A stretch of DNA of 64,000 nt from assembly GCA_039935655.1 (NCBI GenBank), contig JBDTJX010000008.1, positions 74,174 through 138,173 of the forward strand, given 5' to 3'. Below are positions 36,000-45,356 of this stretch, in pieces; within the stretch, counting starts at the first letter, position 1; each line of letters begins with the position of its first letter. The DNA is from Candidatus Dormibacter sp. GTDB taxonomy: Bacteria; Chloroflexota; Dormibacteria; Aeolococcales; Aeolococcaceae. The position numbers and the translations under genes are program-made. Below the pieces are notes generated by a model, which was given only the letters and a program-made list of their open reading frames with translations, ran no database searches and was not told where the DNA came from.

Positions 36000-36293
36000 G
36001 TGACCACCACGGCAACCCCGGTCCCTGTCGAGGCTCCTGTCCGCGAGGAGAAGGTGGTCCGAGAGCCGGGGTGGAACGTGATCGTCTGGAACGATCCGAT
36101 CACACTCATGACCTACGTCGTCCTGGTGCTCAGGAAGCTCTTCGGCTACGACCACGTGACCGCGACCAGGCTGATGCTCCAGGTGCACGAGGAGGGAAAG
36201 GCTATCGTCGCCACCCAGCCTCGCGAGCAGGCCGAGGTCTCGGTGGCGCGGCTGCACGCGTTCGGGCTCCAGGCCACCCTGGCCCGGCTCTAG
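36000..36293 (+). CDS. clpS: Clp protease adaptor ClpS
   Basis: WNVIVWNDPITLMTYV, LMLQVHEEGKAIV. Confidence 0.92.
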   Translation: MTTTATPVPVEAPVREEKVVREPGWNVIVWNDPITLMTYVVLVLRKLFGYDHVTATRLMLQVHEEGKAIVATQPREQAEVSVARLHAFGLQATLARL

Positions 36294-36307
36294 CAGGCCC
36301 GCCGCAG

Positions 36308-36757
36308 GTGGCTTCCGTGCTCAAACGACGCGGCCGTATCCAGGTCCGCTTCGACGCGGCCGAGCGTGATGCGCTGCTCGATATCGTCGGCCGGCTGGAG
36401 ACGCACATCAGCCGCGCCTTGGCAACCACGCCGCGCGCGTACGACGACAAGACCATGCAGAGCGAATACGACCGTTGGGTGCGACCGGAGATCGAGCGCG
36501 GCTATGGGGCCGACCTCGACGTCATCCGCGATGCGCTCAGTGCCGGTGAGGAGTTGCTCGTGCTCACCGAGGCACAGGTGTACGCGTGGCTACGCGGCTT
36601 CAACCAGTTGCGCCTCGCCGCCGGGTCATTGCTCGGCATCAGCGAGGACGGGTGGGAAACCGCGGCAAGCGAGCAGCTCCGAGCCAAACCCGAGTTCGGA
36701 ATGCTCATCGCGCTTGGTTACCTGCAAGAGGAGTTGGTAGCCGCGCTGGAAAGCTGA
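36308..36757 (+). CDS. DUF2017-like protein
   Basis: PRAYDD, AWLRGFNQLRL, LGYLQEELV; adjacent to clpS as in Actinobacteria. Confidence 0.7.
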   Translation: MASVLKRRGRIQVRFDAAERDALLDIVGRLETHISRALATTPRAYDDKTMQSEYDRWVRPEIERGYGADLDVIRDALSAGEELLVLTEAQVYAWLRGFNQLRLAAGSLLGISEDGWETAASEQLRAKPEFGMLIALGYLQEELVAALES

Positions 36758-36810
36758 CGCGAAGCGTCACGGCGCGGAGTCGCCCCTCCCGGTAAAACCC
36801 GTGGCAGCAG

Positions 36811-37677
36811 CTAGTACCGCGTGACCTTCATCGAAAAGTCGAGCGCGGTCGCCGAATGTGTGAGCGCGCCGACCGAGATGTAGTCAGCGCCGGCCAAGGC
36901 GTAGGCGCGGGCATTGCCGACCTGGACACCGCCACTGATCTCCACCTGGGCGCGGCCGCGGATGATCTGCATGGCCTCGCGGACCTGGCCTGGGGCGAAG
37001 TTGTCGAGGAGGATGCGCGGAGCCTTGTCGGCGAGCGCCTGCTCGAGCTCCTGGATGTTGCTGACCTCGACGTTGACGTCGCCGTCGGGATACGCCTTGC
37101 GCACAGCGCGGAGCGACGGCGTGATGCCGCCGACCAGTGCCAGGTGCGTGTCCTTGATGAGCACCCCGTCGTACAGGCCCATGCGGTGGTTGAGGGCACC
37201 GCCGATGCGCGTCGCGTACTTCTCGAGGCCGCGCATCCCGGGCGTGGTCTTGCGGGTGTCGAGGATTTTGGCCTTGGTGCCGTCGACTGCTTTGACATAG
37301 CGCGCCGTCATGGTGGCGACACCACTCAGGTGCTGCAGGAAGTTGAGCGCGACACGCTCGGCGGTGAGCATCCCCCGGGCCGGGCCGGAGATGCGCGCAA
37401 CGATCTGGTCCTCCTGCACCTTCTCGCCGTCCTTGGTCTTGGCGTCGAAGGTGATTCTGTCGTCGACGATGGCGAACACACGCGCCGCCACGCTGAGACC
37501 GGCGATGACACCGTTCTCCTTGCACACGATCTTGCCGCGACAGGTCATGTCGACCGGGATGACGGCGTCGGTGGTGACGTCGCCGGCCCCGATGTCCTCT
37601 GCGAGCGTCGCGCGGATGAGCGTGTCGAGGGTGTCCGGCGTCAGGGTTGCGGTGATCGGGTCAAGGGTTGCGGTCAA
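36811..37677 (-). CDS. nadC: Nicotinate-nucleotide pyrophosphorylase
   Basis: ED...GDVTT, DTRKTTPG, HRMGL, LLDN, ISVGALTHS; TTG start after GAGG. Confidence 0.95.
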   Translation of the reverse strand: MTATLDPITATLTPDTLDTLIRATLAEDIGAGDVTTDAVIPVDMTCRGKIVCKENGVIAGLSVAARVFAIVDDRITFDAKTKDGEKVQEDQIVARISGPARGMLTAERVALNFLQHLSGVATMTARYVKAVDGTKAKILDTRKTTPGMRGLEKYATRIGGALNHRMGLYDGVLIKDTHLALVGGITPSLRAVRKAYPDGDVNVEVSNIQELEQALADKAPRILLDNFAPGQVREAMQIIRGRAQVEISGGVQVGNARAYALAGADYISVGALTHSATALDFSMKVTRY

Positions 37678-39253
37678 ATCGGTGTCCTCTCTCTTTCTGC
37701 ATGACCAGGACGCCATGCCAGCTGTCGCGGGTTGATGGGAAGTCGGCGCGGATGTGAGCGCCCCGGCTCTCCTCGCGGAGGAGGGCCGCACGGCACACCA
37801 GCGCTGCGGTGGTCGTTGACTGAAGGAGACGCCGGTCGTGCAGCGACCCGCGCCTGGGGATTGTGACGTCGATCTCCTCAACGGCGTCAAGCGTCGCCTG
37901 GAGCCCGGTGGCGTCGCGGACCAGGCCGCATCCCTGCCACAGGGCGTCGCGCAGGCGTGCGCCGGCCGCGGCGGCCTCGCCGGCGCTGAGCCCGGCGGTC
38001 GGCTCGTCGTCGTCGCGGCGCCGCGGCGGAGCAACCGGGCGCTCAGCGATGTCGTGAAGCGCTGCGACGGCGGCGCGGTGGCCGAAGACCACCCCCTCGA
38101 GAAGGCTGTTGCTGGCCAGCCGGTTGGCACCGTGCACGCCGGTGCTCGCCACCTCGCCGCACGCGAACAGGCCGGGGAGAGAGGTGGCGCCGTCCACGTC
38201 GGTGCGCACGCCGCCAATCAGGTAGTGCGCCGCCGGCGCGATGGGGATCGGCGCCGCGGTGATGTCGATGCCGTGCCCGCGGCAGCTGGCCGTGATCGTG
38301 GGAAACCGGGCGCGAACCGCGGCGCCCAGAGGCCGGCAGTCCAGGTACACATGATCCGTGCCGTCTCGGACCAACCGTTCCCAGATGGCTCGCGACACCA
38401 CGTCGCGACCGGCGAGCTCACCGCGCGGGTCGGCTTCGAACAGGAAGCGCTCACCGGCGGCGTCGACGACGTGGGCACCCTCGCCGCGCATCGCCTCGCT
38501 GATGAGGAAGCGGGGCGCGCCGTCGAGCGCGAGGGCGGTGGGGTGGAACTGCATGAACTCCATGCTCGCCACCTCCGCGCCGGCGTCCCACGCCAGGGCG
38601 ACGCCGTCGCCTGTCGCAGCGGCCGGGTTGGTGGTGTACCGCCAGAGCTGCCCGGCGCCACCGCTGGCGAGGATCACCGCGCCTGCGCCGAGCACGCGCG
38701 GGGCACCGGTGCCGTCGCTGTTGCGCAGCTCGACCCCGGCGCATCTGCCCTCGTCGTCGAGGAGAAGCGCGGTCACGTGGACGTTCTCGATCACGGTCGC
38801 ACCGGACTGGCGCACCGAGCGGACCAGCGCCGACTCCACCTCACGACCGGTGGCGTCTCCGCCGGCGTGGACGATGCGGTTGCGCGTGTGCGCAGCCTCG
38901 CGACCGACGAGCAGGCCGCCGCTGTCACTGTCAAACCCTGCACCCCACGCGGCCAGGCCGCGCACCCGCTCAGGGCCGTCGTTGACGAGCACGCGCACCG
39001 CGTCCTGGTCGCACAGGCCGCGCCCCGCGGCCACGGTGTCGTCGAAATGCAGCTGGGCGCTGTCGTCGTCGGCAATGGCGGCGGCAACGCCGCCCTGCGC
39101 CCAGCGGGTTGCGCCGTCGTCGACCGGGCCCTTGGTGACCACGGCAACGCGGGCGCGCGGAGCCGCCGTCAAAGCCGCCGTCAACCCGGCGATACCACCG
39201 CCGACGACGACGCAGTCGTACGGTCCCTCCGCTGTGCCGCGCGCGCTGTTCAG
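37661..39253 (-). CDS. nadB: L-aspartate oxidase (probable CTG start)
   Basis: VVVGGGIAG FAD motif lies upstream of first canonical start (39184); AQGG, QFHPT, AHY, GVHGANRLASNSLLE, EESRGAH. Confidence 0.93.
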   Translation of the reverse strand: MNSARGTAEGPYDCVVVGGGIAGLTAALTAAPRARVAVVTKGPVDDGATRWAQGGVAAAIADDDSAQLHFDDTVAAGRGLCDQDAVRVLVNDGPERVRGLAAWGAGFDSDSGGLLVGREAAHTRNRIVHAGGDATGREVESALVRSVRQSGATVIENVHVTALLLDDEGRCAGVELRNSDGTGAPRVLGAGAVILASGGAGQLWRYTTNPAAATGDGVALAWDAGAEVASMEFMQFHPTALALDGAPRFLISEAMRGEGAHVVDAAGERFLFEADPRGELAGRDVVSRAIWERLVRDGTDHVYLDCRPLGAAVRARFPTITASCRGHGIDITAAPIPIAPAAHYLIGGVRTDVDGATSLPGLFACGEVASTGVHGANRLASNSLLEGVVFGHRAAVAALHDIAERPVAPPRRRDDDEPTAGLSAGEAAAAGARLRDALWQGCGLVRDATGLQATLDAVEEIDVTIPRRGSLHDRRLLQSTTTAALVCRAALLREESRGAHIRADFPSTRDSWHGVLVMQKERGHRFDRNP

Positions 39254-39345
39254 GAGAGGGTGACCTCCTCGCGCACACGGCGCGCTGAGTCGACGTCGGT
39301 GACGGTGGCGCGGTTGATCTTGGCTCGGAGCACGACGCGCTGCAT
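39250..39345 (-). pseudogene. panD: Internally deleted aspartate 1-decarboxylase remnant (31 aa)
   Basis: MQRVVLRAKINRATVTD matches PanD N-terminus (KIHRATVT), then VDSARRVREEVTLS*; directly after panC stop. Confidence 0.85.
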
Positions 39346-40305
39346 CTACTCTCTCCCCTGGACGCCGATGACCCCCGGAATCTCCGAACCCTGGGGACCG
39401 TCGCTGTCAAGAGGAGCTGCGTCGTTTCCCAGGCGGATCACGTCGATCAACCGAGTGGTCCCCATTCTACCAGCGACCAGAATTTGGCATCCGCGCCGCA
39501 CGTTCTCAACGCTGGCGAGGCTTTCCCCATCGACCGCGACCACGTAGTCGACGTCGAAGCCCGCGGTTTCCATCGGCGACCGGACCAGCTGGCAGAGGAC
39601 AGACGCGCGCTCCTCGCCGGCCGCGAACGCGGTGACAGCGGCGGACAGACCAGTGGGGATGGCGACGGCGCGCTTTCGCTCCGCGTCGCTCAGATAGGCG
39701 TTGCGGCTGCTGAACGCCAGGCCGTCATGATCGCGAACAACCGGCACGACGACGATCACCACGCCGGTATCAAGGTCGGCCGCGAGGCGGCGCACCACCA
39801 CGCTCTGCTGGGCGTCCTTCTGCCCGAAATAGGCGCGATGCGGCCGGCAGGCGATGAGCAGCTTGGCCACGACCAGGGCCACGCCGTCGAGGTGGCCGGG
39901 CCGATGTACACCCTCGAGGATCCCGGTCAGTGAGCGGTCGACGCGCACTGCCGTGACCGGGTCGGGTCCGTACATCGCCTCGACGGTGGGCACGAAGGCG
40001 GCGTCGACCCCGTCCTCGGCGACCACGGCGAGGTCGGCGTCGAGCGTGCGCGGGTAGCGCTCGATGTCCTCCCCCGGGGCGAACTGGGTGGGGTTGACGA
40101 AGATGCTCACCACGACCCGGTCGCAGTCGACCCGCGCCCGACGCACCAGGCTCCGGTGACCCGCGTGCAGAGCGCCCATGGTGGGCACCAGGCCGACGCT
40201 CAGCCCTGCGGCCCGGCAGCGCTCCGACCAGCGACGCAGCTCGTCCGGGGTGGCCAGGCGCCGGGGGGCGTCGAGCGCGCCTCGGTCAGTGGTAGCTGTG
40301 GGCAT
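39346..40305 (-). CDS. panC: Pantoate-beta-alanine ligase
   Basis: VPTMGALHAGH, FVNPTQF, FGQKDAQQ, GLAFSSRN. Confidence 0.96.
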   Translation of the reverse strand: MPTATTDRGALDAPRRLATPDELRRWSERCRAAGLSVGLVPTMGALHAGHRSLVRRARVDCDRVVVSIFVNPTQFAPGEDIERYPRTLDADLAVVAEDGVDAAFVPTVEAMYGPDPVTAVRVDRSLTGILEGVHRPGHLDGVALVVAKLLIACRPHRAYFGQKDAQQSVVVRRLAADLDTGVVIVVVPVVRDHDGLAFSSRNAYLSDAERKRAVAIPTGLSAAVTAFAAGEERASVLCQLVRSPMETAGFDVDYVVAVDGESLASVENVRRGCQILVAGRMGTTRLIDVIRLGNDAAPLDSDGPQGSEIPGVIGVQGRE

Positions 40306-41080
40306 CGTCGGGGAAGCTGCCCGCGGCGACGTCGGCGCCGAAATCTCGCACCGCGCTGACGATGCGGTCGCCGATGTCGGCGTATGCCCTGGCGAACTTC
40401 GGCATCACCCCGCGCGTGATCCCGAGCAGGTCGTAGACGACGAGCACCTGCCCGTCGCAGTCGGGACCGGCACCGATGCCAATGGTCGGGATTGACACTG
40501 CCGCGGTGACGGCAGCGGCGAGGCCGCGCGGGATGCCCTCGAGAACCAGGCTGAACGCCCCGGCTGCCTCCAGCGCCCGAGCATCGGCGAGGATCCGCTC
40601 GCGAGCGTCGGCGCTCCGGCCCTGCACCTTGAAACCGCCGAAAACGTTGACGAACTGCGGGGTGAGGCCGAGATGACCCATGACCGGGATGCCACGCTCG
40701 ACGAGGCGCGCGACCACCGGCAACACCCAGCCGCCGCCCTCGACCTTGACCGCGTGCATGCCGGCCTTGATGAAGCTCGCGGCGTTGCGGATCGCCTGCT
40801 CGTGCGACTCGTGGTACGAGCCAAAGGGCATGTCGCCGACGAGCAGTTGGTCCGGTGCGCCACGGACCACGGCGCGGGCATGATGGAGCATCTCCTCCAT
40901 CGTCACCGGCAGGGTGGTGTCGTAGCCGAGGTGGTTGTTGCCCACGCTGTCGCCGACCAGCAGCGCGGGCACCCCGGCGGCGGCGAGAAGGCGCGCGATG
41001 GCAACGTCGTAGGCGGTGACCATGACGAAGCGCTCTCCCCGCGCCTTGTGGGCGCGGAGGTCGTGGACTGTGACCGGCAC
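40286..41080 (-). CDS. panB: 3-methyl-2-oxobutanoate hydroxymethyltransferase
   Basis: TAYD, LVGDS, DMPFGSY, VKVEGG, GHLGLTPQ, GQVLV. Confidence 0.97.
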   Translation of the reverse strand: MPVTVHDLRAHKARGERFVMVTAYDVAIARLLAAAGVPALLVGDSVGNNHLGYDTTLPVTMEEMLHHARAVVRGAPDQLLVGDMPFGSYHESHEQAIRNAASFIKAGMHAVKVEGGGWVLPVVARLVERGIPVMGHLGLTPQFVNVFGGFKVQGRSADARERILADARALEAAGAFSLVLEGIPRGLAAAVTAAVSIPTIGIGAGPDCDGQVLVVYDLLGITRGVMPKFARAYADIGDRIVSAVRDFGADVAAGSFPDDAHSYH

Positions 41081-41085
41081 CCCGA

Positions 41086-42036
41086 TCAGGCCACCCGCGG
41101 ATGAGCGACGACGGTTGGAGCCGCCCGGGCCGGGCGACGCGGAGCGGCGGCGGCGAGCGCGTCGGCGACCGCCTCGCGGCCCTCGAGGCCAGCCAGCGCG
41201 AGGGTCTCAAGGGCGAGCCGGCGATACAGCTCGCGGGAGCTGGGGTCGGCGCTGAGGACGTCGAGGTGGCGGACAACGGTGGCGGCGTCGCCCCGCACCA
41301 CCGGGCCGGTCAGCGCCGACGCGGGACCGCCGGCCGACGCGTTGCTCGCCGCCCCGACCAGCAGCGCGCCAAGCGCCCGATGGGCATCGCCCTGGGCCAC
41401 TCCGGCCTCCTCGAGAAGACTGGTCGCCCGGGCGAGCAGCGCCAAAGGCGCGTTGCCGGCCAGGACGGCGGCGGCGTGGTAGAGGGCGCGTCCACCGGGA
41501 GGGAGGGCGAGGAGGTGACCGCCAAGATCGGCGACCAGCGTCTGCAGCTGGCCGAGCAGCGGTGGCGCCGCCTCGACAACGAAGCTGGTGCCACGCAGTA
41601 GGCTGGCGCTCTGCGCCCCGGCCAGCGCCTGGAGCGGGTGGAACGCGCCGGTCGTCGCGGCGGTGCTCCGCGCCGCGTCGAGAACCTCAGGGCCGCTGGT
41701 GGCGCTGCAGTGCACCAGCGAGCGACCGCGCAGCGCCGCACCGGAGGCCGCGATGAGCGCAGCCACGCGGGGGATCTCCGCGTCGGGCACAGTGACGAAG
41801 GTGATGTCGGCGCGACGCGCAGCTTCGACGGCGGTGCTGACGACGGCCGCCCCTGTCCCGGCCGCGATCCGGGCCGCGTGGGCGGGCGTCCGGCTGTTCA
41901 CGGCCACGACACGATGACCGGCGCCCGACAGGGCGGCGGCGAGTGCGGAACCGGCGCGGCCGGCCCCGATGAATGCGAGCGCGGGCCGTGCGTCCCCTTC
42001 GGTTGCGTGCACCGTCTCGGTCACCTCGTGATCCAA
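41086..42036 (-). CDS. Rossmann plus DUF2520 oxidoreductase (PanG-like ketopantoate reductase candidate)
   Basis: GAGRAG, HCS, FHPLQ, YHAAAV, LTGPVVRGD; first gene of the pan operon; alternative start 42024. Confidence 0.85.
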   Translation of the reverse strand: MDHEVTETVHATEGDARPALAFIGAGRAGSALAAALSGAGHRVVAVNSRTPAHAARIAAGTGAAVVSTAVEAARRADITFVTVPDAEIPRVAALIAASGAALRGRSLVHCSATSGPEVLDAARSTAATTGAFHPLQALAGAQSASLLRGTSFVVEAAPPLLGQLQTLVADLGGHLLALPPGGRALYHAAAVLAGNAPLALLARATSLLEEAGVAQGDAHRALGALLVGAASNASAGGPASALTGPVVRGDAATVVRHLDVLSADPSSRELYRRLALETLALAGLEGREAVADALAAAAPRRPARAAPTVVAHPRVA

Positions 42037-42040
42037 GCGC

Positions 42041-42130
42041 CTGGTCTCAGGACGGCGCCGGTATCACGGTCAGGTGGCCTCACGGCGCGTCGGCGTCCAT
42101 GGGCCGGACCGGCTGAAACCGTCGCCGTCG
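42041..42130 (-). ncRNA. Structured 5' leader of the pan operon (pan RNA motif-like)
   Basis: Three complementary segment pairs; lies between a TACACT -10-like hexamer (42137-42142) and the first pan gene. Confidence 0.6.
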
Positions 42131-42201
42131 GAAAGAAGTGTAACCCGCCGTACGCGCCAGACCAACAGCTGCTGCCGGCTCACCAGCGGGGTGCGGACGG
42201 A

Positions 42202-44115
42202 TCAGGCGCCGGCGGCGGCCTCGCTGGGCGGCGGGTCCGCGGCGGCGGGCGGAGCAGGAGGGGCGCTGCCGTCAAGCTCGGCGATGATCCTCTTCATCTC
42301 CGCCGCCTCCATGGTCTCCACCTCGATCAGGCGGGTGGCCAGGGCGCGAAGGATGTGCTCGCGCGGGCGGAGCACCTCCTTGGCCTTCTGGAACGCGGTC
42401 TCGACGAGGTGATGCACCTCCTGGTCGATCTCGCTGGCGATGTCCTCGGAGTAGTTGCGTTGCTCGCCGAGGTCGCGACCGAGGAAGACCAACTCCTCCT
42501 TGGTGCCAAAGGTGAGCGGTCCGAGCTTGTCGCTCATCCCCCACTCCGTGACCATGCGCCGGGCCAGCTGGGTGGCCTTGCGGATGTCGTCGGAGGCGCC
42601 GGTGGTGATGTTGTTCTCGCCGAGGATGAGCTCCTCCGCGCAGCGGCCACCGAGGATCTGGGCCAGCTGGTCCTCGAGCTCGGCCTTGCTGACCAGGTAC
42701 TTGTCCTCGCTGGGCAGGCTGAGCGTCCAGCCCAGTGCCATGCCGCGGCTCACCACGCTGATCTTGTGGACCGGATCGGTGTGCTCGAGAAGCATCCCGA
42801 CCATGGCATGGCCCATCTCGTGGAAGGCGATGGTGCGCTTCTCGTTCTCCAGGATCACGCGGCTCTTGCGCTCCGGGCCGGCGATGACCCTGGCGATCGC
42901 CTCCTCGAGGTCGGCCATGATGATCACCTTGCGGTTGTTTCGCGCGGCGAGGATGGCGCCCTCGTTGATGAGGTTGGCCAGGTCGGCGCCGGAGAACCCC
43001 GGCGTCTGCTTGGCGAGCACCTCCAGCTCGACGGAGGGATCGAGCGGTTTGTTGCGGGCGTGCACCTCGAGGATGGCGCGGCGGCCGCGGATGTCGGCGC
43101 GGTCAAGCATCACGTGGCGGTCGAAGCGTCCCGGCCGGAGCAGGGCGGGATCGAGCACGTCGGGGCGGTTGGTGGCGGCGATCACGATCACATGCGTCGC
43201 CGTCTCGAAACCGTCCATCTCGACGAGCAGCTGGTTGAGCGTCTGCTCGCGCTCGTCATGGCCACCCCCGAGGCCCGCGCCACGCTGCCGGCCGACGGCG
43301 TCGATCTCGTCGACGAACACAATGCAGGGTGCGTTCTTCTTGGCCTGGTCGAACAGGTCGCGCACCCGGCTGGCGCCGACGCCGACGAACATCTCGACGA
43401 ACTCGGAGCCGCTGATGCTGAAGAAGGGGACGCCGGCCTCTCCGGCGACGGCCTTGCTGAGCAGCGTCTTGCCGGTGCCCGGCGGTCCGACGAGGAGCAC
43501 GCCCTTGGGGATGCGCGCGCCGACGGCGGTGAACTTGTCGGGGTACTTCAGGAACTCGACGATCTCGGACAACTCCGTCTTCGCCTCCTCGACGCCGGCG
43601 ACGTCGGCGAAGGTGATCGCCGGCTTGTCACCGGTGAGCAGCCGGGCGCGGCTTCTGCCGAAGGACATCGCCTGGTTGTTGCCGCTCTGGGTCTGGCGGA
43701 AGATCCACAGCAGGAACAGGGCCATCAACCCGAAGAGAACGAGGTTGGGCAAAAGCACGCTCAAGAGGACATTGCTCCCACTGGAATCATTTCGGAAGTT
43801 GGTGAAGCCATTATCGGTGAAGACCTTGAGCGCTTCGGCACTGGAGCCGACCGTGGTCTGGTATTGCACGCCGTTGGCTGCGTACCAGGTGACCGAGCTG
43901 CCGTCCCCGTTGATGACCGCCTCCTGCGACGGCGCGGAGGACAGAGTGTTGGCAGCGTCACTGCTGTGGCTCTTGAAGTTGATGGCGGCCTGCGCGAGCG
44001 CTCCGGAGTCCTTGGCCTGCGCGCTCGGGCTCTGTACCCCGCGCAACAGCGCGAAAAGCACCAGAACGACCAGTACAGCCAGGGCGGCGTACAGGCCGCG
44101 ACGAGGGTTGCGCAT
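42202..44115 (-). CDS. ftsH: ATP-dependent zinc metalloprotease FtsH
   Basis: Two TM helices, [36 protein letters not shown]. Confidence 0.97.
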   Translation of the reverse strand: MRNPRRGLYAALAVLVVLVLFALLRGVQSPSAQAKDSGALAQAAINFKSHSSDAANTLSSAPSQEAVINGDGSSVTWYAANGVQYQTTVGSSAEALKVFTDNGFTNFRNDSSGSNVLLSVLLPNLVLFGLMALFLLWIFRQTQSGNNQAMSFGRSRARLLTGDKPAITFADVAGVEEAKTELSEIVEFLKYPDKFTAVGARIPKGVLLVGPPGTGKTLLSKAVAGEAGVPFFSISGSEFVEMFVGVGASRVRDLFDQAKKNAPCIVFVDEIDAVGRQRGAGLGGGHDEREQTLNQLLVEMDGFETATHVIVIAATNRPDVLDPALLRPGRFDRHVMLDRADIRGRRAILEVHARNKPLDPSVELEVLAKQTPGFSGADLANLINEGAILAARNNRKVIIMADLEEAIARVIAGPERKSRVILENEKRTIAFHEMGHAMVGMLLEHTDPVHKISVVSRGMALGWTLSLPSEDKYLVSKAELEDQLAQILGGRCAEELILGENNITTGASDDIRKATQLARRMVTEWGMSDKLGPLTFGTKEELVFLGRDLGEQRNYSEDIASEIDQEVHHLVETAFQKAKEVLRPREHILRALATRLIEVETMEAAEMKRIIAELDGSAPPAPPAAADPPPSEAAAGA

Positions 44116-44212
44116 CGCTTCGCAGTCTATCAGAGGGTCTTGTTTCGACCCCCCTGTTCTCGGTGCGTCGGCGCCCTCTCGCACTGCGCGTACAAGAGGT
44201 TCTGCGGCCTCA

Positions 44213-44947
44213 TCAGCCGTCGATCAGACGACGCTGATGGTCGGCGAGCACGCAGAGCCGCCGGCGCGCCGCGGGGAAGACGCGTTCGAGCGCCGGGATG
44301 AGGTCATGCCGGACGCGGGTGCGCAGGAAGCGCGGGTCGGCGTTGCTCGGGTCGTCGATCACCTCGAGGTGCAGCGCGGCGCAGTAGGCCGCAACGTCCG
44401 CCCGCCAGACCCGGAGCAGCGGTCGTGCCAAGCGCCCCTGCCGCTCCCCCATCGCAGCCAGCGCCCGGGGCGTTGCCCCCGACAGGGCGCGCATCAGCAC
44501 CGTCTCCGCCTGATCATCGGCGGTGTGCGCCAGGGCCAGCGCGGTCGCGTCCAGGTCCCTGGCGAGCTCGTCGAGGGCGGCGTGGCGGGCGTCGCGAGCG
44601 CGGTCCTGGAGGGACGAGCCGTGCGTGGCCACCGCCGCGGTCAGCGCGGTGAACGGCAGGCCGAGCGCCTCAGCGGCAGCGTGGACCGGGACCGCCTCGG
44701 CGGCCGACCCGTCGCGCAGGCCATGGTCGACGTGGGCGACGTGGAGGCTGAGCCGGCGAGGTGGCGCCAGCCGCGCCAGCGCGTCGAGCATGGCCATCGA
44801 ATCCGGGCCGCCGCTGCAGGCCACCACCACCCCCTCGCCGGGACGCAGAACCCCGCGCCGGTCGATGGCGGTGGCGACGGCGCGGCGCAGGCGCCCGACG
44901 GCGGCGTCGCGCTGGCGCGGCTCGAGCGACGATCCATGCGGGCTCAT
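44213..44947 (-). CDS. tilS: tRNA(Ile)-lysidine synthase, short form
   Basis: [29 protein letters not shown]; upstream of ftsH. Confidence 0.9.
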   Translation of the reverse strand: MSPHGSSLEPRQRDAAVGRLRRAVATAIDRRGVLRPGEGVVVACSGGPDSMAMLDALARLAPPRRLSLHVAHVDHGLRDGSAAEAVPVHAAAEALGLPFTALTAAVATHGSSLQDRARDARHAALDELARDLDATALALAHTADDQAETVLMRALSGATPRALAAMGERQGRLARPLLRVWRADVAAYCAALHLEVIDDPSNADPRFLRTRVRHDLIPALERVFPAARRRLCVLADHQRRLIDG

Positions 44948-44968
44948 CACACACCCGTCTGAGCGCGT

Positions 44969-45044
44969 TGGTGGCGGCACCTGGATTCGAACCAGGGACA
45001 TACCGGGTATGAGCCGGGTGCTCTACCAACTGAGCTATACCGCC
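44969..45044 (-). tRNA. tRNA-Met(CAT), elongator type, CCA encoded
   Basis: GGCGGTATAGCTCAGTTGGTAGAGCACCCGGCT-CAT-ACCCGG...GGTTCGAATCC...GCCGCCACCA; TACAAT at 45057-45062 upstream. Confidence 0.93.
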
Positions 45045-45147
45045 GTGCGACCCGGGATTGTACGGCGAGGTGGAGTTGATCCCCTCGGCTTCCCAATTCA
45101 CCTGGGTCGGCTGCGGCGGTATCACGTCGTTGTCGCCCAGACAGTCG

Positions 45148-45205
45148 CGCCGCGACGCATCGCGGCGAGTGAGGAGTGAGGAGTGTCCGGCTCCGCCGGT
45201 GCTCC
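45148..45205. repeat. REP-like two-hairpin dispersed repeat, copy 2
   Basis: Matches 15685-15741 with a compensatory stem change. Confidence 0.7.
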
Positions 45206-45234
45206 GAGAGGGGCGCGTCACCCCTCTACAAAAG

Positions 45235-45306
45235 TTGCGGCGGCCGGACTCGAACCGGCGACCTTCGGGTTATGAGCCCGACGAGCTGCCACTGCTCCAC
45301 GCCGCC
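45235..45306 (-). tRNA. Initiator tRNA-fMet(CAT), no encoded CCA
   Basis: GTGGAGCAG, TCGGGCT-CAT-AACCCGA with three G-C anticodon-stem pairs, unpaired 1:72. Confidence 0.93.
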
Positions 45307-45356
45307 GGGCCAGTTTAGCGCATGCCGCCGTGACCGCCCGACGCGCGGCGTCTAGA

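Noticed and set aside
36811-38217. 468-aa ORF suggesting an extended NadC or NadB-NadC fusion
   Set aside because: The extension overlaps nadB in another frame; nadB has its own stop at 37661 and nadC has a plausible SD and TTG at 37677
44969-45044. CAT tRNA next to tilS as the TilS substrate tRNA-Ile2
   Set aside because: Acceptor stem GGCGGTA (G4, G5) and loop CTCATAC fit elongator tRNA-Met; Ile2 typically has C4-G69 and C5-G68
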